The position numbers and the translations under genes were made by a program. Shown here one piece after another: positions 47,122 through 57,876 of a stretch of DNA of 64,000 nt (the first letter of the stretch is position 1; every line of letters begins with the position of its first letter). The notes beneath the pieces were generated by a model, which worked only from the letters and a program-made list of their open reading frames with translations, was not told the origin of the DNA and ran no database searches. Source of the stretch: Candidatus Omnitrophota bacterium (lineage in GTDB: Bacteria; Omnitrophota; Gorgyraeia; B26-G9); assembly GCA_043826565.1 (NCBI GenBank), contig JBDRPX010000034.1:1096-65095 (forward strand). The letters are read 5' to 3'.

Positions 47122-47972
47122 TTAATTTTTACCTTTCTTAACTTATACCTTGTAAGTATTGCGAAAAAATTCATACAAAAGATCAAAGCGATCAAAACCA
47201 GTGCCGTGCCGTAAGCTAAAGGCCGCACTTTTTCGATCGCGTGATGCTGTGTCGCCATAATATAGAGATGATACGGTAAAGCCATAAATTGATCGGAAAA
47301 TGATTTTGGTAAGAACGGCAGAAAAAAAGCCGCTCCGGTAAATAAGATCGGCGCGGTCTCACCGGCCGCGCGGGAAAGCCCCAAGATCGTTCCGGTCAGC
47401 ATCCCCGGGATCGAATAAGGCAGAACATTGGTACGGATCGACTGCCATTTTGTAGCGCCTAAGGCCAAGGCTCCGTCACGATATGCCTGCGGGACATTTT
47501 TTAATGCTTCTTCACTGGCGGTAATTGTCCAGGGAAGGGTCATCAGCCCGAGGGTTAAACCCGCGGATAAAATTGAGGTATTTAACCGCATTAACTGAAC
47601 AAACAAAACAACTCCAAAAAGCCCGTAAACGATCGAAGGCACTCCGGATAAATTACGTATCGACATCCGGATCAAGCGGGTGATCCTGCCCTTTTTTGCG
47701 TATTCATGCAGATAAATAGCACAGCCCATGCCTAAAGGAATGGATAGAACCGCGGTAATTAATGTAACCAGGAACGTTCCCACAATTGCCGGGAATATTC
47801 CTCCTTCGGTCATGCCTTTTCTGGGCATAGCGCTTAAAAATTCCCAGTTTATAACTCCCGCTCCTTTTTTAAAAATATCATTAAGGATCACCGCTAAAAT
47901 AAAGATAACGATCCCCATACAAACTCTTAAGAGAAGAAATCCGAAAAATTGTTCTGTTTTACGATTTTTCAT
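47118..47972 (-). CDS. pstA: PstA (copy 2)
   Basis: Permease paralog with [18 protein letters not shown]. Confidence 0.85.
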   Translation of the reverse strand: MKNRKTEQFFGFLLLRVCMGIVIFILAVILNDIFKKGAGVINWEFLSAMPRKGMTEGGIFPAIVGTFLVTLITAVLSIPLGMGCAIYLHEYAKKGRITRLIRMSIRNLSGVPSIVYGLFGVVLFVQLMRLNTSILSAGLTLGLMTLPWTITASEEALKNVPQAYRDGALALGATKWQSIRTNVLPYSIPGMLTGTILGLSRAAGETAPILFTGAAFFLPFLPKSFSDQFMALPYHLYIMATQHHAIEKVRPLAYGTALVLIALIFCMNFFAILTRYKLRKVKIK

Positions 47973-48889
47973 CGGTTCACCTTTTCGTATTTATTTAAAA
48001 TAATATCCGATGATAAATTTACAAGAAATGTAATAATAAATAAGACCAATCCTAAAGCAAACAAAGCATAATAATGCGTAGTATTATAGGCCACTTCTCC
48101 TAATTCAATGGCAATTGATGAGGTTAATGTCCGTACCGGGCCTAAAAAGCTTTCCGGCATAGCCGGAGCGCATCCGGTAGCCATAAGCACAGTCATTGTC
48201 TCTCCGATTGCGCGGCCCATTCCCAGCATACAAGCGGCAATGATCCCGGACAGTCCAGCGGGTATTTTCACCAAGATAACTGTCTGCCATTTTGTAGCGC
48301 CTAAAGCTAAGGAAGCCTGATAATACGAATCCGGAATATTTGTTAATGTATCCTCAGAAATACTAATGATCGTCGGCAAAGACATGACCGCCAAAAGGAT
48401 CGAACCGTTCAATCCATTTAGCCCGTTATGCGTGCCGAAGACCTTCGCGAGGACCGGGCCGAGCAGAACTATGCCCAGGAATCCGATAACCACAGACGGA
48501 ATACCCGCAAGAATCTCGATTATCGGCTTAGCGATCTCCCTGACCCTGGGACTGGCAACATCGGATAAATATGCTGCTGTACCAACCCCTAGCGGGATCG
48601 CAATGATCAAAGCGCCTAAAGTAACCATTAACGTACTCAGCAGCATGGGAATGATCCCGTATTCTTCTTTAACATATGAAGTTGGATTCCATTGACTGCC
48701 AAGCAGAAAATCCTTTAGATTTATCTCCTGAAAAGCCGGGATAGATGTAAATATCAAAAGCGTAAATATTCCGATCATCACAATAACGGAAATAATCCCG
48801 TTAAAGAAGAAAAAACCATGGATAAGCTTTTCCTGTAAAGCTCTGCTTATCCATGGTTTTCTTTTATTTCTTCCCAAAACATTCTGCAT
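47969..48889 (-). CDS. pstC: PstC (copy 2)
   Basis: Permease paralog with [19 protein letters not shown]. Confidence 0.85.
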   Translation of the reverse strand: MQNVLGRNKRKPWISRALQEKLIHGFFFFNGIISVIVMIGIFTLLIFTSIPAFQEINLKDFLLGSQWNPTSYVKEEYGIIPMLLSTLMVTLGALIIAIPLGVGTAAYLSDVASPRVREIAKPIIEILAGIPSVVIGFLGIVLLGPVLAKVFGTHNGLNGLNGSILLAVMSLPTIISISEDTLTNIPDSYYQASLALGATKWQTVILVKIPAGLSGIIAACMLGMGRAIGETMTVLMATGCAPAMPESFLGPVRTLTSSIAIELGEVAYNTTHYYALFALGLVLFIITFLVNLSSDIILNKYEKVNR

Positions 48890-48893
48890 TTAT

Positions 48894-49772
48894 TTATAAT
48901 CCTACTTTAGAATTCAATTCCTCATACTCCTGCGGGATCTGAAAAAAACCTTCCTCTTCAACAATTTCCTGTCCCTGCGCGCTTAACTCAAACGCGAGAA
49001 AAGCTTTTACCGCCCCGGTTGGAGTTCCATTGATATATTGATTCAAAGGACGGGATATCGGGTAGTTGCCGCTTTTAACATCAGCTCCGTTTAGCGGACT
49101 GGCATAAACTCCGCCGGCCCGGGCCGCGACTTTCAGCACATTTAAACCTGTCGCTTCTTTAACATAACCAACCCCCACATAACCGATACCGGAACGATCC
49201 TGTTTCACCGCTTCCACGATCTGAGCGTTTCCGTTCATTCTATTCATTTTCTGGGAATAATCACCTTTTAAAACAGCGTCCCTGAAGAAAACAAATGTCC
49301 CGGAATTAGACTGGCGTCCGTATAAGGTTATGGACATATCTGCTCCGCCGACTTCCTTCCAGTTAGTTACTTCTCCCCGGAAAATTTTGCCGATCTGATC
49401 TACAGTCAGCTGGGTTACAGAACTGCTGCCATTGGTAATTACACTCAACCCGTCCATCGCGATAACAACACGATTGACCTGAACTCCGTTATCTGTAGCC
49501 TGAGCAACTTCTGTTGATTTCATTAATCGGGACGCATTAGCGATATCACACTTTTTATTGATCAGCGCGGCAACACCTGTTCCTGATCCGCCTCCGGTAA
49601 CCGCTATATACTGGCCGGGATATTCTTCCATGTAAATTTCCGACAATCTCTGCACCAGGTTTATTAATGTATCCGAACCTTTGATCTGTAACATATTTTC
49701 GGCATACGCGAAACTGTTCATAAGCATTAAGCTGATGACTAAGCCGGCGAGCCCTATACTAAGTTTTTTCAT
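48894..49772 (-). CDS. pstS: PstS (copy 2)
   Basis: Signal peptide, TGGGSGTG, SNSGT. Confidence 0.85.
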   Translation of the reverse strand: MKKLSIGLAGLVISLMLMNSFAYAENMLQIKGSDTLINLVQRLSEIYMEEYPGQYIAVTGGGSGTGVAALINKKCDIANASRLMKSTEVAQATDNGVQVNRVVIAMDGLSVITNGSSSVTQLTVDQIGKIFRGEVTNWKEVGGADMSITLYGRQSNSGTFVFFRDAVLKGDYSQKMNRMNGNAQIVEAVKQDRSGIGYVGVGYVKEATGLNVLKVAARAGGVYASPLNGADVKSGNYPISRPLNQYINGTPTGAVKAFLAFELSAQGQEIVEEEGFFQIPQEYEELNSKVGL

Positions 49773-49848
49773 TTTATTCTTCTCCTGTTAATAAGTTTAC
49801 TTTGTTATTGTTATAGTAGTGTTACATCGCCGCAACACTACTGTTACG

Positions 49849-51126
49849 TTAAAACTTCAATACCATATCTATCTGATATAAATCCTGATCATACTTTGTA
49901 GTTCCGGCTATTGATTCAGTTTTGTAATAATCAAACCCTAGAATTACGTTTTTAGCTACGGCATACTGCATAATAAATTCATAGCCTTTAGCATTTGTCT
50001 GCCCGCCTAAGAAATCAGAATCCGGTAAAAAGTCCGGCCAGGCATCTTTTTCCAGTTCCCGATAAAGCACTTTTGACTGCCAGGTGCCGGGATTCTTAAC
50101 CTTCTTATCCCCGAATTTGATCCCCGCCAGATAACCTGTATTATCCGTAGAAGGGTCGCTATTGCTGATATAGTCACCGAATACCGCGACATAATTAATG
50201 ATCTCATCAACTTCCGCGTCTTCCTGTAAATTCACTCCTAATTCCGTGCTGAACCCTACGGAATCATAATCATACTTAAATGATGCCGGCGTTGTGCTGG
50301 TACTGTTTGTGCCGCCGCCGTCAACAATATTAGAATATGGAAGCCCTTCAATAGAATTAAAAGTGTAATAATTCAAAGAACTCTTTAAAGTCACGCTTTC
50401 ATTAGCTTCCCAAATAAATCCCGGCTGAAAAATAAACATCGACGGTTCCGCTCCGCTGCTTACTTCATCAATAATAAAATAACCGGTATTCAGAAAAATT
50501 TCGGTTGACGAATCCAAAGGTAAATTACTCTTAACAAAAACACCTTCCGGGTTAATATCTCCGTCCCAAAGCAGGTCGGAAGCCAGCCATAAAGTGTTTT
50601 TCAGTTTGATCTTTCCGCCCATGACATCGACATTGTTATTTAAAGCATATGTCCCGAACGCATAATCAAGCATAATCCCTTTGGAAGAAAAATTATCCTG
50701 AAATGTCTGATTAGTTGAACGCGGGTCTGTACCGCCGGAAGCTAAACCAAAATCAACTTTCCAGCCATCGGTAACTCGGGCTTCGGCACCCAAACGAAAC
50801 CGCACTCTGGCTCTTTCTCTTTTCGCTTTGGTAACTCCGGAAGTTTTGGCCGTATCTTTTTCTTCATTCTGATAACGCAATCTCAAATCGCCTTTGAACT
50901 TCATGGTTTGGATCCAGGCCGGCAGCGTTCCTGATTTTCCTTCGGCAATTTCTTTAGCTACCGCTGTTTTGGTTTCATCAAGCAATATTTGAGCTTCCAC
51001 CGGGCTAAGCACATCTTTCTCCACTAATTTATTAACAAGCAGATCCACTTCTCCGGCAAAAGTCTTACCGCAGACAGCCGATAAAGCAATACTCAGCATA
51101 ATTGTTAAAAACACTATTTTCTTCAT
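49849..51126 (-). CDS. Outer-membrane beta-barrel porin, probably phosphate-selective (OprO/P-like), in the Pho operon
   Basis: Signal peptide, alternating amphipathic beta-strand pattern, C-terminal ...MVLKF-COOH. It sits between phoBR and pstS. Confidence 0.6.
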   Translation of the reverse strand: MKKIVFLTIMLSIALSAVCGKTFAGEVDLLVNKLVEKDVLSPVEAQILLDETKTAVAKEIAEGKSGTLPAWIQTMKFKGDLRLRYQNEEKDTAKTSGVTKAKRERARVRFRLGAEARVTDGWKVDFGLASGGTDPRSTNQTFQDNFSSKGIMLDYAFGTYALNNNVDVMGGKIKLKNTLWLASDLLWDGDINPEGVFVKSNLPLDSSTEIFLNTGYFIIDEVSSGAEPSMFIFQPGFIWEANESVTLKSSLNYYTFNSIEGLPYSNIVDGGGTNSTSTTPASFKYDYDSVGFSTELGVNLQEDAEVDEIINYVAVFGDYISNSDPSTDNTGYLAGIKFGDKKVKNPGTWQSKVLYRELEKDAWPDFLPDSDFLGGQTNAKGYEFIMQYAVAKNVILGFDYYKTESIAGTTKYDQDLYQIDMVLKF

Positions 51127-51144
51127 TATTAAAACCTCCTTTAA

Positions 51145-51393
51145 TTAATTACTGCATTCTTTTCTGAAACGATGTATATTTTTCTCAATATGTCTCATCG
51201 ATTCTTTAAAATACCAACCGTTATATCTTTTAGCGTTTTCAACACTGCTTAATACATTATTCAATGTCGTAAGCTGTAAACGCAGAAATCTAGCCATATA
51301 ATCCTGCTGCAATCTTGAAAGTTTTTTAACTTCTCTTTCTGATTGTCTATGAAAATTCTGAGCAAAAATCATATGACCCATGTTAAAATCCAT
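51145..51393 (-). CDS. Small hypothetical protein (82 aa) between phoR and the porin
   Basis: An ORF only; Lys/Arg-rich and helical; no recognisable family. Confidence 0.3.
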   Translation of the reverse strand: MDFNMGHMIFAQNFHRQSEREVKKLSRLQQDYMARFLRLQLTTLNNVLSSVENAKRYNGWYFKESMRHIEKNIHRFRKECSN

Positions 51394-51489
51394 TCTTCAC
51401 CTCCTTTCCTTTCTTTGTTCTCAAGATAAAGGATACAATCATTATGTGAAGAACATATGACAAACAAGTAAAGATTTGATATTATGGGT

Positions 51490-53277
51490 TTAAGCTTGAG
51501 GAATGGTAAAACTAAAGGTCGAGCCCTGTTCTTCCAAGCTCTCAACAGAGACTTCGCCATCATGGGACTGGATAATATGTTTGGCAATGGAAAGCCCTAA
51601 ACCGGTACCGCCTAATTCGCGGGAACGCGCTTTATCGACCCGGTAAAAACGCTCAAAAAGACGAGGCATATCTTTCGGCGGGATACCGATCCCGGTATCC
51701 TGAATATCCACCTGAATAAATTTATTTATTGCACAAGCAGAGATAGATATTTCACCGTTTGGACGGTTATACTTTATCGCATTATCAATAAAATTAAGTA
51801 AAACCTGTTTTATTCTGGTTTCATCAACAAAAATATCCGGCAAATTTTTCGGAATGTTAATTTTCGCAATGATTGATTTTTCATCTATCTGCTGTTTTAA
51901 ACTGGAGACAACCTTCTCAATAATCGGTAATAATTTACAAGCCTTCTTCTCCATCAAAAGCTTACCGGACTCTATGCGGGAAAGATTAAGCAGATCATCA
52001 ATCAGGTTCGCCAAACGATTTGAATCAGCCAGAATAATCTCCAGAAAATCCCGGGCATTATCCTGATCCTTAATCGCTCCGGAGAGTAAAGTCTCGGCAA
52101 AACCTTTAATACTGGATATGGGAGTTCTTAGTTCGTGCGATACATTCGCCACAAAATCCTGCCGGATCTTTTCCAGCTTTCTTAGGTTTGTCACGTCATG
52201 GAAAACTAAAACCGCGCCTTCAATGTTTTTATTTTTTTTAATCTGAGTCGCGTGTATTAGTAATACTTTTTCTTCGGGGAGCAAAGTCGCGATCTCTTTG
52301 GAAACAAGCCCCTCTTGAGTATGCAGTGTTTTATCAACTATTTCCTGTATCTGCAGATTGCGGATCACTTCAATTGGATCTCTCCCTGAATAATCTTCCT
52401 CAATATTCAGCAGTTTGATCAGCGACTGGTTAATTAATAAAATTTTTCCTTCGCAATCAACAACCATAACTCCTTCGACCATGCTTAAAAAAATCGCTTC
52501 TAAACGGGACTTGCTTTCGTTTACTTCTTCGATTCTCAATTTTACCTGCTCAGACATATTATTAAAAGCCGCAGCCAGGTCTCCGATCTCATCATTGGAT
52601 CTAAGATATATTTTTTTAGAATAATTCCCTCGCGCAATATCCTGCGCTGCCCAGGATATTTCACTTATCGGCCGCGAAATAAACAAAGAAGCCCAATAAC
52701 TAACTAACACAGCCAAAATAAACGCAGCTAAAAGAGAAACTACCAAAAGATGCTTTAAGTGCCTTAATAAATCATCTATTTCCGAAAGCGGCATAGCTAA
52801 ACGAATAATACCTTGGGTATCATTCTTATTAAATACCACAGCGATATAAAGAAGATCTTTTTGTATGGTCGTACTAAATCTCCGGACTTGGCCAATCCCG
52901 GACGCAAGAGCTTGCTGTACTTCCGGCCGGTAGAGATGGTTTTCTACATTAACCAGAGCGTCTCCGGATAAATCAGAATCACCGTAAACAATGCCGTCAA
53001 GACCGATAATTGTAACCCTGAGATCTAGATCTTTGCCAATCGTATCTGCGATTGCATCTAAATCATAAGATTTGGCATTCGCTACCGGAACATCTGCTAA
53101 ATACGATTTACTCAATTCCAGTTCTTTAATAAGATTAGTTTTTATCCGGTTATAGGTATACTTTTGAAGATTATTGCTTAGGTAAAGAAAAACTCCCCAA
53201 AGAATAATCGCGCTGATTATCATAAAAATAAAAGTAGTTTTATGATGGATATTGATCCGCACCCTAATCTCCTTCAT
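51490..53277 (-). CDS. phoR: Phosphate regulon sensor histidine kinase
   Basis: Two TM helices, HAMP, PAS, the HisKA H-box SHELRTP and HATPase_c (DTGIGI, GGTGLGLSI). It overlaps phoB by 14 nt. Confidence 0.85.
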   Translation of the reverse strand: MKEIRVRINIHHKTTFIFMIISAIILWGVFLYLSNNLQKYTYNRIKTNLIKELELSKSYLADVPVANAKSYDLDAIADTIGKDLDLRVTIIGLDGIVYGDSDLSGDALVNVENHLYRPEVQQALASGIGQVRRFSTTIQKDLLYIAVVFNKNDTQGIIRLAMPLSEIDDLLRHLKHLLVVSLLAAFILAVLVSYWASLFISRPISEISWAAQDIARGNYSKKIYLRSNDEIGDLAAAFNNMSEQVKLRIEEVNESKSRLEAIFLSMVEGVMVVDCEGKILLINQSLIKLLNIEEDYSGRDPIEVIRNLQIQEIVDKTLHTQEGLVSKEIATLLPEEKVLLIHATQIKKNKNIEGAVLVFHDVTNLRKLEKIRQDFVANVSHELRTPISSIKGFAETLLSGAIKDQDNARDFLEIILADSNRLANLIDDLLNLSRIESGKLLMEKKACKLLPIIEKVVSSLKQQIDEKSIIAKINIPKNLPDIFVDETRIKQVLLNFIDNAIKYNRPNGEISISACAINKFIQVDIQDTGIGIPPKDMPRLFERFYRVDKARSRELGGTGLGLSIAKHIIQSHDGEVSVESLEEQGSTFSFTIPQA

Positions 53278-53992
53278 CGAATCGATAGCCGATACCTCGG
53301 ACAGTTTCGATCAACTTGCCGGCTTTACCTAATTTTTCCCTGAGACGTTTTATATGTGTATCAATGGTGCGCGTGGTAACATCCGAAGCCATATCCCAAA
53401 CATTTTCCAGTAATGCATCTCTGGATTGAACCCGGCCCTTTTTTTTAATAAGCATAACTAAAAGTTTAAATTCCAGATGAGTTAAAACCACTTCTTTTTT
53501 GTCTACTGTTACTTTATGGCGGGAAATATCCACAATTATTTTATCCACTGTTAAGATATCTTTTTCATTTTCCTGTGGTTTTCCGCGTTTCAAGACAGCT
53601 TTTACCCTTAAAATAAGCACTCGGGGGCTAAACGGCTTAACCACATAATCGTCTGCGCCTAATTCAAAACCCACGACTTTATCCACTTCTTCACCCTTAG
53701 CTGTAAGCATGATAACAGGAATTTTCGCCATGTTCTTGTTTTGCTTGATCTGCCGGCAAGTTTCAAACCCATCCATTTTCGGTAGCATAATATCCAAGAT
53801 GATCAGATCAATTGATTCTCGATCTAAAATTTCCAAAGCATCTTCACCAGTTATCGTTAATGTGCAATCAAATCCGGCTTTTTCTAAATTATACTTAATA
53901 AGCTTGGAAATATGCTTATCATCTTCAACCACAAGAATTTTTTGCTTCGTCACGTTTATCTCTCCTAATTGTTTATCCTTGTACTGCATCAT
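53264..53992 (-). CDS. phoB: Phosphate regulon response regulator (OmpR/PhoB family)
   Basis: Receiver domain (ILVVEDD...DLIILDIMLP...K) and a winged-helix trans_reg_C domain. Confidence 0.85.
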   Translation of the reverse strand: MMQYKDKQLGEINVTKQKILVVEDDKHISKLIKYNLEKAGFDCTLTITGEDALEILDRESIDLIILDIMLPKMDGFETCRQIKQNKNMAKIPVIMLTAKGEEVDKVVGFELGADDYVVKPFSPRVLILRVKAVLKRGKPQENEKDILTVDKIIVDISRHKVTVDKKEVVLTHLEFKLLVMLIKKKGRVQSRDALLENVWDMASDVTTRTIDTHIKRLREKLGKAGKLIETVRGIGYRFDEGD

Positions 53993-54019
53993 ATATTATC
54001 TAATATTAACATGAAATTC

Positions 54020-54048
54020 AAGTTACGGTTTTGTGACCTTTTTGTGAA
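54020..54048 (-). promoter_or_regulatory. Pho-box-like 7+4 heptad array upstream of phoB
   Basis: The reverse strand reads TTCACAA-AAAG-GTCACAA-AACC-GTAACTT, 11-bp phased, directly upstream of phoBR. Confidence 0.4.
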
Positions 54049-54058
54049 TCTTCCAATT

Positions 54059-54499
54059 TTATTTTCCTTTGGAATCTTTTTTCTTTTTTTTCTTTAAACT
54101 CAGGCTGTATTTGCCCGCGCCGATTAGAATAAAGCTTAAGAAAACAATACCCAGCTCAATCGCATGCGAAGCTCCGGCAAAACCATCCCCATTTTTAAAA
54201 TGAAAAATCGCGGCCACAGTCATGGTGACTGACAGCAAAACACAAGCCGATTTAAGCATAAACCCCGTGATCAAACATATTCCCCCAACCATTTCCGAAA
54301 AAGCCGCCATAAAACCCCAGAAAGCCGGGGCAAAAGTAATTCCCAGATTAGCCATAGCCTTGCCTAATCCCGCCCATTGTTCCGGTCCGGCGAGAATTTT
54401 CGGCCACCCGTGAATAATAAACATTATTCCCAACCCAACCCGCAGGATCAACAACCCCGCATCCCGATACTTATCCCCAACATTAGCCTTCATAAGCAC
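54059..54499 (-). CDS. DoxX-family membrane protein
   Basis: LRVGLGIMFIIHGWPK is the DoxX signature; four TM helices. Confidence 0.7.
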   Translation of the reverse strand: MLMKANVGDKYRDAGLLILRVGLGIMFIIHGWPKILAGPEQWAGLGKAMANLGITFAPAFWGFMAAFSEMVGGICLITGFMLKSACVLLSVTMTVAAIFHFKNGDGFAGASHAIELGIVFLSFILIGAGKYSLSLKKKKKKDSKGK

Positions 54500-54582
54500 C
54501 TCCTGGTATTTTTAAACATATTCCCAAAGTATAGGTTAATTCAATATTTATCAGTAAGTTTTTCTAAATAACCTACTTTATA

Positions 54583-54748
54583 AGTCAAAAATCAAAAGGT
54601 AAAATTCAAAAATTCAATTCAAAATTTAAAACTTACTTATTATCATAAATTCATGTTATTAAAAATAAAGGGAATTAAAATCTTTTTTGATTATTTTTGA
54701 CTTTTAACTTGCACTTTTGAGTTTTGACCTTTGACTTTTGAATTCCCT
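54583..54748. repeat. MITE-like inverted-repeat element, copy B
   Basis: aagtcaaaaatcaaaaggtaaaattcaaaaattcaa ... cttgcacttttgagttttgacctttgacttttgaattccc. The right arm is 37/39 identical to copy A (41401-41440). Confidence 0.4.
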
Positions 54749-54758
54749 ACTCTTGACA

Positions 54759-55877
54759 TTACCTATTTAATAGATTGCTAATAATTCCCAATTTATTTTT
54801 AAGCGTTACGGAACGAAAAATACACATCAGATAATGCAGTTTAACTGCCAAAAATCCCTTTACCTTAAACCCCAGCACAATACCGCAGGCTTTATTATTC
54901 GCCATGGGAATAATATAACCTAAATCCCGGGGGCTATATTTCAAAAACGTCAGCTTATCCATATTTCTGATCACATTCATAGCCGCGGTCTCTCCCTGCA
55001 TAATCGCGAACTGAACCGACATGCGCAAAGCAGCAGGATCCTGCTTAAAATGCGCTGTATCTCCGCAGCAAAAGCAATTATTGCTTAAACGCAGGTATTC
55101 ATCGACAAATATCCTGCCCTGAGAATCAACATCCGCGGTAATATTTTTTAGAAAATCCTGAGCTTTCACTCCCGCCGCCCAGATCAGCATAGCTTTATCA
55201 AAGCACTCTTTGTTCTTAAGCACAACCTTATTCTCTAAAGCGGATTCTACCTCTGAATCCACCCGCATTTCCACACCAAGGGCAGATAAATTATTAATAA
55301 CATACTCCCGCATATATTCGGGAACCAGGCCCAGGAATTTCTTGGATTTTTCGATGATAATAATTTTTTTAGTTTTTCTTTTCCTTATAAAATAACGATG
55401 GATATTCGTAGCGATCTCAATTCCCGTATAACCGCCGCCGCTAATCACAAAAGTATCAAATTCATCAGAATCTAAATTATTCAAAATGATTTTCGCGTCT
55501 TCAATATCGTCAAGTTTAAACGCGGATTTACTTAGCGGGATATTATTGTAGAAATTAGTTTGGGAGCCCGCGGCAATGATCAGATAATCATAATAAATAT
55601 TTTCTTCAGCAAATGAGACTTTATTTTCTTTAAGATCAATTCCGCTGACACAGCCGTGGATAAACTTAAAGGAAAACTTTTCTGCCAGAACAGCTAACTC
55701 CGCGGATAAAAATTCATAATTTATCCGGCAGCTTAAAATATCCGGCAATAAGGGAAGAAAAACAGTTTCTTTCTTCCGGTCAATCAGCACAACCTCAACC
55801 TGCTCCTTATACTTCTTCAGGTATGCGGCCGCGGCTAGCCCGCTAAATCCTCCGCCGATAATCACGATACGTTTCAT
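54759..55877 (-). CDS. NAD(P)/FAD-dependent oxidoreductase (type-II NADH dehydrogenase-like pyridine-nucleotide disulfide oxidoreductase fold)
   Basis: IVIIGGGFSGLAAA dinucleotide-binding motif and a second Rossmann GGGYTG motif. Its end overlaps the prenyltransferase gene. Confidence 0.65.
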   Translation of the reverse strand: MKRIVIIGGGFSGLAAAAYLKKYKEQVEVVLIDRKKETVFLPLLPDILSCRINYEFLSAELAVLAEKFSFKFIHGCVSGIDLKENKVSFAEENIYYDYLIIAAGSQTNFYNNIPLSKSAFKLDDIEDAKIILNNLDSDEFDTFVISGGGYTGIEIATNIHRYFIRKRKTKKIIIIEKSKKFLGLVPEYMREYVINNLSALGVEMRVDSEVESALENKVVLKNKECFDKAMLIWAAGVKAQDFLKNITADVDSQGRIFVDEYLRLSNNCFCCGDTAHFKQDPAALRMSVQFAIMQGETAAMNVIRNMDKLTFLKYSPRDLGYIIPMANNKACGIVLGFKVKGFLAVKLHYLMCIFRSVTLKNKLGIISNLLNR

Positions 55878-56809
55878 ATTATTAGGTCCAATACTATAAG
55901 TACTCCGGTTACTGTTTGGCTAAGAATCGTTAATTTAGAAGCCTCCACCAGTTTGTCCTTATTATTATAATCCTTTTTGAGAATAGTACCAGCTTTAACG
56001 ACTAAAGGAATACAGACAAGCACTCCCAGGCAGATAAGCGACAATACGCCCCTTTGGATATTTATTAAAACCAAAATCATCCCCGTAAACACCAGAATAT
56101 AATAAAGAACATAAGCATATTCTGCCCCGGTCAGCTTGACCCAGGTGAATTTTTTAGCTTTTAAGTCTTCTTGATAATCCGGCACTTCATTGCAAAAAAG
56201 AATTGCCGCGGTTAATAAGCCGAACGGTACAGACAAAACAAAAGCAGACATACTGGGGAAAATATGGCTTTGAATAAAATATCCTCCCATGACCAGGGCC
56301 GGGCCGAATAAAGTAAAAATAACCGGCTCGCCTAAATACCTATAGGAAAACCGCAAAGGCCCGTGAGAATACGAAACCCCGAGAAACAGAATAATCATAT
56401 AAAATCCAACTACGGACGCGCTCTTTAGCAGAACAATAAGCAAAAACACCGAGAGCAAAGCCAAAGCAAAAACACCGATAGATGCCTTTAAATATGACTT
56501 TTCACTCAAGACTTTTTCCTGGATAAGCTTAGAGCCTCCGAAAAAACCGTAAAATTTCATATCCTGCCAGTCGCAGCCGGATCTTGAATCCGCGTAATCA
56601 TTGATCAAATTAGCACCCAGATGCGTAGCCATCACAGCCGCCAGTCCCACGCTAAACTTAAGGAAATCAATCCTGGCATTAAAAAGAAATGTTCCGGCGA
56701 TAAAAGGCAGGATGCTCGCGGTAATAAACGGAAGCCGTAAAGCCCGGATCCAGCATTTTACCCAACTGATTTTATCTTGAGATATATCCTTCACTTTTAA
56801 TTGTTCCAT
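55874..56809 (-). CDS. menA: UbiA-family prenyltransferase, MenA-like (1,4-dihydroxy-2-naphthoate polyprenyltransferase)
   Basis: NDYADSRSGCD (the NDxxD motif), 8-9 TM helices, and a polyprenyl synthase gene next to it. Confidence 0.6.
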   Translation of the reverse strand: MEQLKVKDISQDKISWVKCWIRALRLPFITASILPFIAGTFLFNARIDFLKFSVGLAAVMATHLGANLINDYADSRSGCDWQDMKFYGFFGGSKLIQEKVLSEKSYLKASIGVFALALLSVFLLIVLLKSASVVGFYMIILFLGVSYSHGPLRFSYRYLGEPVIFTLFGPALVMGGYFIQSHIFPSMSAFVLSVPFGLLTAAILFCNEVPDYQEDLKAKKFTWVKLTGAEYAYVLYYILVFTGMILVLINIQRGVLSLICLGVLVCIPLVVKAGTILKKDYNNKDKLVEASKLTILSQTVTGVLIVLDLII

Positions 56810-56835
56810 ATTAGTATATATGATATCATAGTCTC

Positions 56836-57873
56836 ATGTTTAACAAACTAAAAAATAAATTAGACTCAGAATTAATAAAATTTATCGCTTATACCAATAT
56901 CCGCTATGGACTTTCCGGGATCTCCCCCCTGCTGTTTGATAATATGAAGCAATTTATTTTACGCGAAGGCAAAAGAATCCGGCCCATACTTTTTATCGTC
57001 GGCTATAAGGGGTTTTCTCAGAAAAATCCCAAAAACCTTTTCCGCAGTGCCCTGGCCATAGAACTTTTACATGACTTCCTGCTGGTCCATGACGACATTG
57101 TGGATAACTCGGACTTGCGCCGGGGTAAACCTTCCATGCATAAATTAATGGAACAAAAAATAAAAAGTAAAAAAGCCGGTTTTTCCGGTAAAGACCTGGC
57201 CATGATCACCGGAGACATCATGTACGCTATTGCTATTGAAGCTTTCCTGGCCATAAATGAAAATCCTCAGCGCAAAGAAGCCGCCTTGCGGAAGTTTATT
57301 GCCACCGCCTGTTATACCGGCTGCGGTGAATTTATTGAACTGCTCTACAGCCTTGAGGATATCAGCAAAATAAAAAAAGACCAGATCTATAAGATCTATG
57401 ATTATAAAACCGCTTATTATACTTTCACCGCTCCTTTGATCACCGGAGCGATCTTAGCCGGCGCATCAAAAAAGCAAACTGATAAACTGCATAAATTCGG
57501 CATAGCTTTGGGCCGGGCGTTTCAGATCAAAGACGATATTCTCGGCATATTTGCCCAGGAAGCAAAAACCGGAAAATCAAGCTTAAGTGATCTGCAGGAA
57601 GCTAAAAAAACCCTGCTTATCTGGCATGCTTACACTCATGCGAATACAAGAGAGAAAAATCAGCTTAAAAAAATCCTCGGCAAAACCAAGATCACCCTAA
57701 AAGACCTTGAGATTAGCCGTAAGATAATTATTAATACCAAAAGTCTGGAATACGCGAAAACTCAGATCAGGATTTTATTAGGACAGGCGCAAACAACGAT
57801 GCGGGATTTAAATATGCGTCCGGTATATAAAAAAGCACTTCTTGATTATACCCAGCGCATATTAAACATCTAA
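56836..57873 (+). CDS. Polyprenyl diphosphate synthase (trans-isoprenyl diphosphate synthase)
   Basis: FARM LLHDFLLVHDDIVD and SARM FQIKDDILG. Confidence 0.8.
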   Translation: MFNKLKNKLDSELIKFIAYTNIRYGLSGISPLLFDNMKQFILREGKRIRPILFIVGYKGFSQKNPKNLFRSALAIELLHDFLLVHDDIVDNSDLRRGKPSMHKLMEQKIKSKKAGFSGKDLAMITGDIMYAIAIEAFLAINENPQRKEAALRKFIATACYTGCGEFIELLYSLEDISKIKKDQIYKIYDYKTAYYTFTAPLITGAILAGASKKQTDKLHKFGIALGRAFQIKDDILGIFAQEAKTGKSSLSDLQEAKKTLLIWHAYTHANTREKNQLKKILGKTKITLKDLEISRKIIINTKSLEYAKTQIRILLGQAQTTMRDLNMRPVYKKALLDYTQRILNI

Positions 57874-57876
57874 AGT

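Noticed and set aside
49776-49848. 11-bp-stem hairpin (acagtagtgtt...aacactactat) between the porin gene and pstS2, as a terminator
   Set aside because: It is not followed by a U-tract on the transcribed strand. It is more likely an RNA processing or regulatory stem, or it may be fortuitous. Evidence is too weak to annotate.
51369-51587. ORF 51369-51587 (72 aa) overlapping the 3' end of phoR
   Set aside because: It lies inside or antisense to the phoR C-terminus and has no independent support.
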